24,000 bases of DNA from an uncultured Solirubrobacterales bacterium (GCA_963743875.1 CAVURM010000002.1:84740-108739), one strand, 5' to 3'; positions 8,102-15,984 are shown, counted from the stretch's first letter. Notes: a model not told the origin generated them from the letters alone. Made by a program: numbers and translations.

Positions 8102-8707
8102 TCAGTCGCTGATGCCGGTCACGTCGCCGATCTCGACGGCGACGATGTTCGCCGAGTTGACCCGGGTTCCTGAGGCGGGATTCGTCTTCGAGCACTGAAG
8201 CTGGAGCGCCTGCCCGTCGGTCACGTCGAAGAGGGCCGTGAGCGTGAAGTTCTCCGGCTCCGCGGAGGGATTCACGTACTGCGTTCGCGTGGTCGCCGTG
8301 GAGCCGATCCCTCCGGCGCCGTTGATCAGGCGGCAGTCGACATTGCTGTCGAGTGCGTTGACGGTTTGGACCTGGACCGTGGCGGTGGCGAAGTATGCGC
8401 CCGGCGGGACGTCGAGGCTGACGACCGTCGAGCCGAAGAGGCTCGAGCTGAAGCTGTCGTAATTGACCGAGCCGCTCGCCTGGAACCCCTGAATCGGACC
8501 GGGCAGGACCCCGCTCGCCAAGTCCTCGCCCTTCAGCGTCGCGTTCTTCACCTTCGCGCTGGTCACGGCGTCCTTCTTGAGCTGCTTCGTGCCGACGCTG
8601 TGCTTCCCGATCTTGCCGGCCGCGTAGGCACCCCCGCCGAGGAGGACGACGAAGGCGAGCAGCGTGACCATCACGTTCGCGTACGTCAGCTTTGGACGGA
8701 TTCTCAT
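8102..8707 (-). CDS. Membrane-anchored hypothetical protein
   Basis: 201 aa with an N-terminal anchor (YANVMVTLLAFVVLLGGGAYAAG), followed by KIGKHSVGTKQLKKDAVTSAKVKNATLKGEDL and a beta-rich domain. Coding bias is good. Family not recognised. Confidence 0.75.
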   Translation of the reverse strand: MRIRPKLTYANVMVTLLAFVVLLGGGAYAAGKIGKHSVGTKQLKKDAVTSAKVKNATLKGEDLASGVLPGPIQGFQASGSVNYDSFSSSLFGSTVVSLDVPPGAYFATATVQVQTVNALDSNVDCRLINGAGGIGSTATTRTQYVNPSAEPENFTLTALFDVTDGQALQLQCSKTNPASGTRVNSANIVAVEIGDVTGISD

Positions 8708-8788
8708 GGCGAGTCTGCCGAGTGTAGTCGCACTTCGGGGCCGGGCGTGCGCCTTGACAATCCTTGCGCCGGAGACGAAGGTGACGAC

Positions 8789-9542
8789 ATGGCGGCGGAG
8801 CTGATCATCGACCCCCGATTCTGCGGCCCCGCCGGCTACGGAAACGGCGGCTACTGCTGCGGCATCTTCGCGAATGAGCTGGAGGGCCCGGCCGAGGTGA
8901 CGCTGCGGGCACCCGTCCAGCTGGACAAGTCCTACGTTGCGGTGCGCGACGGGGAGGGCCTGACGATTCAGGCCGATGACGGCTCGCTCGTCGCCCAGGT
9001 GGCTCCGGTCGGTCCGCTCGATGATCTCGAGCCCCCGGTCCGGCCCTCGGCCGAGCGAGGCTCGCGCCGCCGCCGAGGGCTCACCGTTCAGGACCGACGC
9101 CCATCCGTACCCCGGCTGCTTCGTCTGTGGTCCCGAACACCCCCACGGCCTGCAGATCCAGGTCGGAGTCGATTCCGGGTCACGAGACTGCTGCGGCCGC
9201 CGCCTTCACCCCTGACGATTCCCTGCCGTCGGTCGACGGGGAGCTGCGGCCCGAACTGGTCTGGGCCGCCCTCGACTGCCCGAGCTTCGTGCCGAGCCTG
9301 TGGTCCGATGATCCGGTCCTGCATGGGGCGGCTCACCGCGGAGCTGCTCGCCCCCGTCCCGATCGGCGAAGAGGTGGTCGCGGTTGCCTGGGAGACCGGG
9401 TCGCGAGGGGCGGAAGCTTCATTCGGCGAGCGCGCTGATCGATTCCCACGGCGAGCTGCTGGCGCGGGCACGCGCCCTCTGGTTCCGCGTCCCCGCCAAG
9501 CCTCGGCAGCCCGGCGATGCGGGCGACGGCGATGCGAGATAG
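8789..9542 (+). pseudogene. Hotdog-fold (PaaI-like) thioesterase family gene broken by four +1 frame shifts; either a true pseudogene or sequence error
   Basis: A coherent protein emerges only by hopping frames at ~9056, 9177-9180, 9322 and 9407-9410: MAAELIIDPRFCGPAGYGNGGYCCGIF..PSAE|EARAAAEGSPFRTDAHPYPGCFVCGPEHPHGLQIQVGVDSG|HETAAAAAFTPDDSLPSVDGELRPELVWAALDCPSFVPSLWSDDPVL|MGRLTAELLAPVPIGEEVVAVAWETGSRG|RKLHSASALIDSHGELLARARALWFRVP..*. CFVCGP.NPHGL is the hallmark of this thioesterase family. Confidence 0.7.
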
Positions 9543-9554
9543 GGTCGTCTCGCC

Positions 9555-10144
9555 ATGCGAAAGCTGCAGAGCCAGGGCGTCCACCACATCACGATCACGG
9601 GAGCCGATCGGCAGACCTCGATCGACTTCTGGGAGGGCCTGCTCGGCATGCCGTTCGTGTTCGAGCAGCCGAACCTCGACAACGAGGCCGAGAGCCATCT
9701 CTACTTCGATCCCGGCGACGGCCGGCTGATCACGATCTTCACCAACGAGGAGCGCGAGGGCAACCCGGAGCGGACCCCGACTGGACCCCGGATGCGTCCA
9801 CCACGTGGCGATCTCCGTCTCGCAGGCGACCTTCAACCAGGCGGTCGAGCGGCTCGACGAGCGCGGGATCGAGCACAGCGAGGTCAAGGACCGGGGGTTC
9901 ATGGACTCGATCTACTTCAAGGACCCGCTCGGCCTGCTGATCGAGCTCGCCTCCTATCGCTTCGAGCCCCCGGCAGGCACACTCCCACGCCGACGTATTG
10001 CTCGAGGCTCACAGGATCCGGATCGAGCGCGGCGACTACAACATCGCCCAGATCCACCTCGCCGATGCGATCGAGATCCTCGTCACCCGATCGCAGGCGT
10101 CCCTGTCTGAGGATCGGGCGCCGAAGGATCCATACGGATCCTGA
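9555..10144 (+). pseudogene. VOC (glyoxalase/bleomycin-resistance/dioxygenase) family gene with two +1 frame shifts
   Basis: Frame 0 reads MRKLQSQGVHHITITGADRQTSIDFWEGLLGMPFVFEQPNLDNEAESHLYFDPGDGRLITIFTNEEREGNPERTPTGP. After the CCCC run at 9786-9789 it continues in the next frame as GCVHHVAISVSQATFNQAVERLDERGIEHSEVKDRGFMDSIYFKDPLGLLIELASYRFEPPAG. After ~9976-9981 it continues in the third frame as HSHADVLLEAHRIRIERGDYNIAQIHLADAIEIL..PYGS* (stop 10142-10144). Confidence 0.8.
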
Positions 10145-10187
10145 CGGGTCTGACTGGAAGGCCGTCGTCGGGGTAGGGAAAGGAACC

Positions 10188-10214
10188 TGTACAACTCAGA
10201 CGATGAGTTGTACA
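10188..10214. promoter_or_regulatory. Perfect 11-bp inverted repeat TGTACAACTCA-gacga-TGAGTTGTACA; likely antitoxin operator overlapping a TACAAT -10-like box
   Basis: Read directly from the sequence. The right arm ends 8 nt before the ATG of the YefM-type antitoxin. TACAAT (10211-10216) overlaps the right arm. The region is a locally AT-richer island in GC-rich DNA. Confidence 0.6.
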
Positions 10215-10222
10215 ATAGGGCC

Positions 10223-10471
10223 ATGGCGACTTTCAGTATCAGCAAGGCGCGGGAAGAACTGGCCGACGCTGTCGACCTCTGCCGGACCGAGGCCGTGTTC
10301 CTCGAGCGCCGTGGCGAGCCGGCGGCCGTCCTTGTCAGTCCCGAGCGTTACGAAGAGATGGTGGACGCACTTGAGGACGCCGAGGACGTCGCTGCCTTCG
10401 ATGCGGCGATGGACGAAGAGGGCCCGAACATCCCCTGGCGAGAGGTCAAGGCCGACCTCGGCTGGAGTTGA
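10223..10471 (+). CDS. Type II antitoxin, Phd/YefM family
   Basis: MATFSISKAREELADAVDLCRTEAVFLERRGEPAAVLVSPERYEEMVDALEDAEDVAAFDAAM.. is the canonical Phd/YefM fold signature. The stop overlaps the toxin start (TTGA at 10468-10471). I preferred ATG 10223 over the track start at 10208. Confidence 0.85.
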   Translation: MATFSISKAREELADAVDLCRTEAVFLERRGEPAAVLVSPERYEEMVDALEDAEDVAAFDAAMDEEGPNIPWREVKADLGWS

Positions 10472-10728
10472 CCAGGTACCGGATCGAGCTCAGGCCGGCC
10501 GCAGTTCGTGCGCTGCGCAAGCTCGATCCTCCGATGCGCCGTCGGTTGCAGGGAGCCATCGCGCTACTTGCGGAGGATCCGCGCCCACCGGCGGCACGTG
10601 CGTTGAAGGGGAGGCCCGGCCTCCGGGTCAGGGTCGGTGATTACCGAATCATCTACACGGTGAAAGATGACGTCTTATTGGTGATCGTCGTCACGCTCGG
10701 CCATCGGCGGGAGATCTATCGGCGCTGA
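10468..10728 (+). CDS. Type II toxin, RelE/ParE family
   Basis: 86 aa. IELRPAAVRALRKLDPPMRRRLQGAIALLAEDPRPPAARALKGRPGLRVRVGDYRIIYTVKDDVLLVIVVTLGHRREIYR is a textbook RelE/YoeB-superfamily pattern. It is translationally coupled to the antitoxin. Confidence 0.85.
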   Translation: MTRYRIELRPAAVRALRKLDPPMRRRLQGAIALLAEDPRPPAARALKGRPGLRVRVGDYRIIYTVKDDVLLVIVVTLGHRREIYRR

Positions 10729-11264
10729 GGCTTGACGCGGTAATGAAGATGAACCATGCCGCCGTCGAAACGCCGTTCATCCAGCAGCTCCAGTTGGATG
10801 CGAACACCTTCGGGAAGGGACCGGCTTCCGCCGCCCACGACGATGGGCGCGACGAACTGGTGGCACTCGTCGACCAGGCGGGCCTTGAGCGCCTGGACGG
10901 CGAGGTTGGGACCTCCCACGGTGATGTCGCGTTCCGCTGCCTCCTTCATCGCCCGAACCGCCCTGGGATCGAAGTCCCGCTCGATACGCGTTCTGGCGCT
11001 GGCAGGCGTCTCGAGCGTCCTGGAGTACACGACCTTGTCGGCCGCCTGCCAGATCTCGGCGAAGTCCCGGACGAACGGCGGCTGGTCGGCGATCGTGTGT
11101 GCGGTCTCCCAGTAGACCATCGTCTCGTACATCCGGCGTCCATAGAGGTAGGTGCCGACCGGCCGCTCGAGGTCGTTGAAGAAGGTATGCACCTCCTCGT
11201 CCGGCGCAGCCCAGTCGAAGTTGTCGTCCTCGTCAGCGACGTAGCCGTCGAGGGACGTGATCAC
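10716..11264 (-). CDS. Dihydrofolate reductase family protein (RibD C-terminal domain)
   Basis: ITSLDGYVADEDDNFDWAAPDEEVH..YLYGRRMYETMVYWE..ITVGGPNLAVQALKARLVDECHQFVAPIVVGGG are typical RibD_C blocks. The first canonical start is GTG 11264, but conserved N-terminal residues continue upstream in frame (see finding). The 3' end overlaps the convergent toxin gene by 13 nt. Confidence 0.8.
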   Translation of the reverse strand: MITSLDGYVADEDDNFDWAAPDEEVHTFFNDLERPVGTYLYGRRMYETMVYWETAHTIADQPPFVRDFAEIWQAADKVVYSRTLETPASARTRIERDFDPRAVRAMKEAAERDITVGGPNLAVQALKARLVDECHQFVAPIVVGGGSRSLPEGVRIQLELLDERRFDGGMVHLHYRVKPQRR

Positions 11265-11341
11265 CGAGTAGATCAGCTTCGCGACGACGAGCCCCGATCC
11301 GGGCGGGTGGATTGCATCCCGCGATAAACCCGGGACATCAT

Positions 11342-12274
11342 TCAGCCGAACCTGCCGCGCTCGAGTGCATCGGCCAGCGCTTCGGGGTCGTAGCCGGGAA
11401 GCTCGCCGGTGGTCTCGGTGCCCTCGACGTAGGCCGCCATCGCCCGTTCGGACGGCTCGGTGACCAGCGCCGACATGAACTCGGCCCGCTCGAGTCGCAG
11501 CCCTGCCGGCAGGGTCTGGGCGCCGCCGATGTAGACGGCTCGCTTGACGCCGGCGATTCCCGCCTTCGGCCGACGCGCGAGGCGGGTCGCTACCTCCAGT
11601 GCGCGGTCGAGCAACTGCCCTGCGGGGACGACTTCGTCAACCAGGCCCAGATCGGCGGCCTGCTCCGGGTCCAACGGGCCGCCGTCGAGGCAGAGATGAA
11701 GTGCTCTTCCGGTGCCGAGCAGCCGTGTCAATCGCTGCGTGCCGCCGCCGCCGGGAGGAAAGCCGAACAGCACCTCGGGCTGACCGATCGAGAATGGCCC
11801 CGCCGCCATCAGCCGCATATCGCAGGCGAGGGCCAACTCGCAGCCGCCGCCCATGGCCGAACCGTTGATCGCCGCAACGATCACCGCGCCGCAGGTGTTG
11901 AAGCGCAGCAGGATCTCGCCGAAGCGCTCGGCCGCCGACAACCCCGCCGCCGGAGTGCGCTCGAGCGCGCTGCGACCGCCGGGCAGTCGCCGGACCGCGC
12001 CGACCGCACCGAGTGAGGCGCGGGCAGCCGACGGACCGACGTTGGGGGCCTGCCTCGCGCCGTCGAGCAGCTCAGCGATGTCGTAGTGGGCGACGAATCG
12101 CTCGGCGTGCTCACCGGTGATGACGATCCCGGTCACCGCCTCGTCGGACTCGGCCCGTTCGACGAGTTGCTCGAGGCCGGCGACGATCCCGTCGTCCATC
12201 AGTCCGTGCGGCGGATTGGAGATGGTCGCCAGAAGCACCCCCTCGCCGCCTTGCTCGACTCGCACCTCACCCAT
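11342..12274 (-). CDS. Enoyl-CoA hydratase/isomerase (crotonase) family protein
   Basis: 310 aa with VIVAAINGSAMGGGCELALACDMRLMA..IGQPEVLFGFPPGGGGTQRLTRLLG, which is the crotonase oxyanion-hole and active-site region. It is divergent from the heliorhodopsin gene. Confidence 0.9.
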   Translation of the reverse strand: MGEVRVEQGGEGVLLATISNPPHGLMDDGIVAGLEQLVERAESDEAVTGIVITGEHAERFVAHYDIAELLDGARQAPNVGPSAARASLGAVGAVRRLPGGRSALERTPAAGLSAAERFGEILLRFNTCGAVIVAAINGSAMGGGCELALACDMRLMAAGPFSIGQPEVLFGFPPGGGGTQRLTRLLGTGRALHLCLDGGPLDPEQAADLGLVDEVVPAGQLLDRALEVATRLARRPKAGIAGVKRAVYIGGAQTLPAGLRLERAEFMSALVTEPSERAMAAYVEGTETTGELPGYDPEALADALERGRFG

Positions 12275-12362
12275 CGGTCCGAGGCTATCGCGCCGGTGCC
12301 CTACCCGGTCGGTCGGAGAACCGCTCGAAAGCCGAAGGTGGCCGGTGCGTAGGGTGGGCCGA

Positions 12363-13139
12363 GTGCAGGACGCCGATTCGAATCAGATCCGACCGGAAGA
12401 GGCAGGCAGGCTGCGTCGCTACAACGTCGCGATGGGCATCCTGCACCTGATCCAGGGGCTCGCAATCCTGGTTCTTTCGAACGGATTCTCCCTTCCGGTC
12501 ACAGCCACCTTCGCCAATAGCCAGCCGGGTGGCCCGGTCGATCCGAACAGGCTCTCGGAGTTGTTCACAGTTCCCCTCGGGCCGGCGGTGGCTGCGTTCC
12601 TGCTGATCTCGGCCCTCGCACACCTGATCGTCGCGTCCCCGTTTGGGTTCCCGGGCTACATCTCCGAACTCGAGCATCAGCGCAACCGGTTCCGCTGGGT
12701 CGAGTACGCGTTCTCGGCCTCGTTGATGATCGTTCTCATCGCGATGCTCGCCGGCATCTCCGACATTGTCGCCCTAATCGGGCTATTCGCGGTCAACGCC
12801 TGCATGATCATGTTCGGCTGGCTGATGGAAACCGGCAGTCGCCCCGGGGCTGACGCCGACTGGACGCCTTTTTGGATGGGCTGCTTTGCCGGCGTTGTGC
12901 CCTGGGCGTCGATCACGATCTATCTGATCGGTGCCGGCTCTGACGTTCCCGGGTTCGTCTACGTGATCTTCGCGACCCTCTTCGTCGCCTTCAACAGCTT
13001 CGCGCTGAACCAGTACCTGCAGTACAGGCGGATCGGGCCCTGGCGCGATTACCTATTCGGGGAGCGCGTCTACATCGCCCTCAGCCTGACGGCGAAGAGC
13101 CTCCTCGCCTGGCAGGTATTCGCCAACACGCTCGTCTGA
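12363..13139 (+). CDS. Heliorhodopsin (seven-helix retinal protein with inverted membrane topology)
   Basis: 258 aa counted from GTG 12363. The track ORF opens at 12117, but that start would overlap the crotonase gene. There are seven hydrophobic helices. Family blocks are AMGILHLIQ, ISALAHLIV, NRFRWVEYAFSASLMIVLIA (Glu114), VNACMIMFGWLME, PFWMGCFAGVVPW, PGFVYVIF..FNSFALNQYLQ and GERVYIALSLTAKSLLAWQVF (Lys245, codon 13095-13097). From memory this is a close, colinear match to heliorhodopsin 48C12. TAGGGT (12350-12355) lies 7 nt upstream of the GTG and could be either a -10 box (leaderless mRNA) or part of an AGGGTGGG Shine-Dalgarno sequence. Confidence 0.9.
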   Translation: MQDADSNQIRPEEAGRLRRYNVAMGILHLIQGLAILVLSNGFSLPVTATFANSQPGGPVDPNRLSELFTVPLGPAVAAFLLISALAHLIVASPFGFPGYISELEHQRNRFRWVEYAFSASLMIVLIAMLAGISDIVALIGLFAVNACMIMFGWLMETGSRPGADADWTPFWMGCFAGVVPWASITIYLIGAGSDVPGFVYVIFATLFVAFNSFALNQYLQYRRIGPWRDYLFGERVYIALSLTAKSLLAWQVFANTLV

Positions 13140-13209
13140 AGACGCCCGGTCACGGCTCGTTCAGCCATGGCGGCTCCGGCTGGCCACACTTGCCCTAGCC
13201 TTCCGAGCG

Positions 13210-14785
13210 ATGAAACGGTGGCTGCTAGCGGGAACGCTCTGGGGGGTGTTGGTCATGACCGCCGCCGCGCCCGCCAATGGCGCGATTGATTCCCGGAGCT
13301 TCCCGAAGGATTTCCTCTGGGGCACCGCGTCAGCCGGGTTTCAGTCCGAGGCCGGTGGGTCTCCCGCGAGGGTCGATCGCCGCAGTGACTGGTTTGCCTT
13401 CACGACCGATCCCGAGCTGATCGATGACGGGATCGTCAGCGGCGACCGGGTCGCCGACGGTCCCGGGTTCCTCCACACCTGGCGCGGCGACCTCGACCGG
13501 GCGCGCACGGACCTCTCCAACAACGCGATCCGCCTCGGGATCGAGTGGAGCCGGGTCTTCCCGCGCTCGACGGCCGGCGTGGAGACTGGCAAGCGGGTCT
13601 CCGGGAAGGAGTTGCGGAGGCTGGATCGGGTCGCCGATCAGTCGGCGGTCCGCCGCTACGGCCGGATCCTCCGGGGCGCCCGCGAGCGCGGCCTGCGAGT
13701 GATGCTGACCCTGAACCACTTCACGCTGCCGATCTGGGTCCACGATCCGCAGGCGGTGCGTGCCGCCTTCGCCGGTCGTGGGGCCGACGATCCGGTCCCG
13801 GAGGACCTGCGTCGGGCGGGCTGGCTCGACCGCTCGACCGTCGACGAGTTCCGCAAGTACGCGGCCTATGCAGCCTGGAAGTTCCGCGATCAGGTCAACC
13901 TGTGGGCGACGCTGAACGAGCCGCTGGTCACCGTTTCGCAGGGCTTCGTCTCGATCCCGGGCGTCACCGGGGTGAAGGCGCCGGGCGTGCTCTCCTACCC
14001 GGCGGCGCTGGCCGCGGTCGAGAACCTCGGTCTCGCCAACGCCGCCGCCTATGACGCGATCCACGCCCGTGACGACCGTGCGCGGGTGGGCTTCGTCCAC
14101 AACATGCTCGACTGGCGAGCGTTCAATCCCGCCAGCCCCGCCGACGAGACCGCGGCGAGCCACGCCGACCAGATCCTCAACCGCACGTACCTCGAGATCG
14201 CGATCAACGGTTGGTACGACCTCGACGCCGACGGGGTCAAGGATCCCGGCGAGGTTCGCAAGCAGCTTCGCGACAAGGCTGACTTCGTCGGCCTCAATCA
14301 CTACTCACCCGCCCGCGCCCAGTCGCTCGGATTCCCCGTCTCGGCCACGATCCCGACCTTCGATTTCGTCCCCTACATCACCTATCAGGGCACGGGCAAC
14401 CCGAGTGGCGGCCCCTGCCCGACCACCTGCACCGACTTCGGTTGGCAGATCGACCCATCGGGTCTCCGCAACGTCGTCGAGGAGGCCGCCGGCTACGGCA
14501 AGCCGATCTACGTGACCGAGAACGGCATCGACGACGCCGAGGACGACCAGCGGCGTGAGTACCTGCGCGGTTACCTCGAGGCCCTTCAGGGCGCGATCGC
14601 AGGCGGCGCCGACGTCCGTGGCTACTTCTACTGGTCGCTCGATCGACAACTACGAGTGGGCCGAGGGATTCGCCGCGAGCTTCGGCCTCTACGGCTTCGA
14701 CCCCGAGACGCTGGAGCGCACGATGCGGCCGAGCGCGAAGCTCTATCGGCGGATCGCGCGTACCGGGGACGTACCCGCCGGCTAG
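13210..14785 (+). pseudogene. Secreted glycoside hydrolase family 1 beta-glucosidase with a single +1 frame break at 14641; either authentic or a sequence error
   Basis: Signal peptide MKRWLLAGTLWGVLVMTAAAPANG. GH1 blocks present are FLWGTASAGFQSEAG, the acid/base TLNEP, the nucleophile YVTENG, and YFYWSL|IDNYEWAEGF. The last motif is split: TGG TCG CTC g ATC GAC AAC TAC GAG TGG. The downstream frame (track ORF 14555..14785) ends in ..LYRRIARTGDVPAG*. Confidence 0.9.
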
Positions 14786-14798
14786 AAAGCGAGCTCCG

Positions 14799-15984
14799 CT
14801 ATCCCTTCAGATTGACCTTGAAGGACTGCGACGTGCCGTTGATCGTGTTGGTCAGCTTCAGGCTGGCCTTCACCTTGCCCTCCTTCTTGAGCAGGCGCTT
14901 GCCGTTGCGGGTCAGCTTGACCGTCACCTTGCCCTTGCTCGCGGGCTGGACGGTGTACTTGCCCTTCGCGATCTTGGTGGTCTTCTTCGGCGCGCGCCGA
15001 TACGCGCTTGTTGCCCCCGGTTGATGCGGTGATCAGCGCGTTCCCCACGCACGGATCGGTCGCCCCGGCCGGAAGCTGACAGGACACCTTGAAGGTGCCG
15101 TTGCTTCCCTTGACCTTGATCTTGTTGCCGGCCGGACCGGCGCCCACCGCCCCTTCGAAGAGGTCCTGCGGGCGACAGCTGGAGGGCGGCTCGGCGCTGA
15201 ACCTCAGGTTGTCGACGAACACGGCCGAGTCGTAGATCGCGTCGCCGAGATCGAAGATCGACAGGTAGATCGAATGGGGGCCCGGGGTGACCGGGGTCTT
15301 TGCCGTCAGCGTCCCGGTCGCGGCGTCGTAGGTCGTCCCGGCCGCTTCGGCTTCGCTGACGATGGTCGGGCCGAGTGTGTCGACGGCAACCTGATCGCCG
15401 TAGCCGGCCGCGAAGTCCCCGGGGGCGGAGACCTCGTAGCTGGGAGGCCCAGACTCAAAGGTCAGGGTGCTCGACCAAGTGGTGCTGTCGAGCTCGGCGA
15501 TGAATGTGTCGTTGACTCCCTTGTCGACGTACTCCGGAAACTCCTCCGAGAGGAACTTGTAGTCGAGTTGCAGGCAACTCTGCCCGTCCGGGACAATGAA
15601 TTCCGCCTTCAGGGTCACCGGGTCGAAGGCATCGCCTCGAGTGGGATCGAGGAGGCCGTACGCCGAGCCGCTGTTTCCAGCACTGTTGGGAGCGTCGGCG
15701 ATCGTGACATCGCCTGAGCTGAGTAGACCGAATGATCCACCGGCGGTCGGGAAACCCCCGAGCGGCGCATTGGCGACGCCGTACTGCGCCGCGTTCGAAA
15801 TGAGCGACCCACTCCCCGCTGAGGCTTCGAGCGACTGGGCGACCGCGTTCGGAGGCGACTGGGTGACCGCCGCGCTGGCGACGCTCGCCGGGCCCATTGC
15901 AGCAAGAGCGGTGACGGTTAGGGCGGCACAGAGCGCAAGCCGGCCGACCACCGGTCGGTGGGTCGAGTTCGATGGGCTTCCCAT
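14799..15984 (-). pseudogene. Secreted protein resembling the choice-of-anchor-L domain family, with a Lys-rich beta C-terminal tail and one +1 frame break near 14989-14999
   Basis: Start preceded by GAGAGGAA. Signal peptide ..RLALCAALTVTALAAMGPASVASA. The core has LDYKFLSEEFPEYVDKGVNDTFIAELD and LSIFDLGDAIYDSAVFVDNLRF. After ..ITASTGGNKRVSAR the track frame becomes QGDGQ-type junk. The adjacent frame reads PKKTTKIAKGKYTVQPASKGKVTVKLTRNGKRLLKKEGKVKASLKLTNTINGTSQSFKVNLKG* (stop 14799-14801). The family assignment is from memory of the motif style only. Confidence 0.7.

Noticed and set aside
8754-8759. TTGACA hexamer upstream of the thioesterase-like gene, considered as a -35 box
   Set aside because: No acceptable TANNNT -10 element lies at 16-19 bp; GAAGGT is more likely the Shine-Dalgarno region. 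A single hexamer match is expected by chance.
8366-9940. 524-aa ORF, the longest in this region of the track
   Set aside because: It is a chimera. It reads antisense through the end of the 8102-8707 gene, then through in-frame and out-of-frame parts of the thioesterase-like gene, then out of frame through the VOC gene. Only the segments MAAELIID..PSAE and MGRLTAELL..SRG look like real protein.
10125-10142. AGGATCC-atac-GGATCCT hairpin overlapping the repaired VOC stop codon
   Set aside because: It is a short 7-bp stem built from two BamHI-type sites with no downstream U-tract. It is too weak to call a terminator.
12117-12362. ATG 12117 as the heliorhodopsin start (the 340-aa version in the ORF track)
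   Set aside because: This start would overlap the divergent crotonase coding region by ~158 nt and add ~80 Ser/Pro/Thr/Arg-rich residues with no counterpart in heliorhodopsins. GTG 12363 gives an N-terminus of the length seen in the family and has a plausible upstream signal. GTG 12345, GTG 12354 and ATG 12432 remain possible alternatives.
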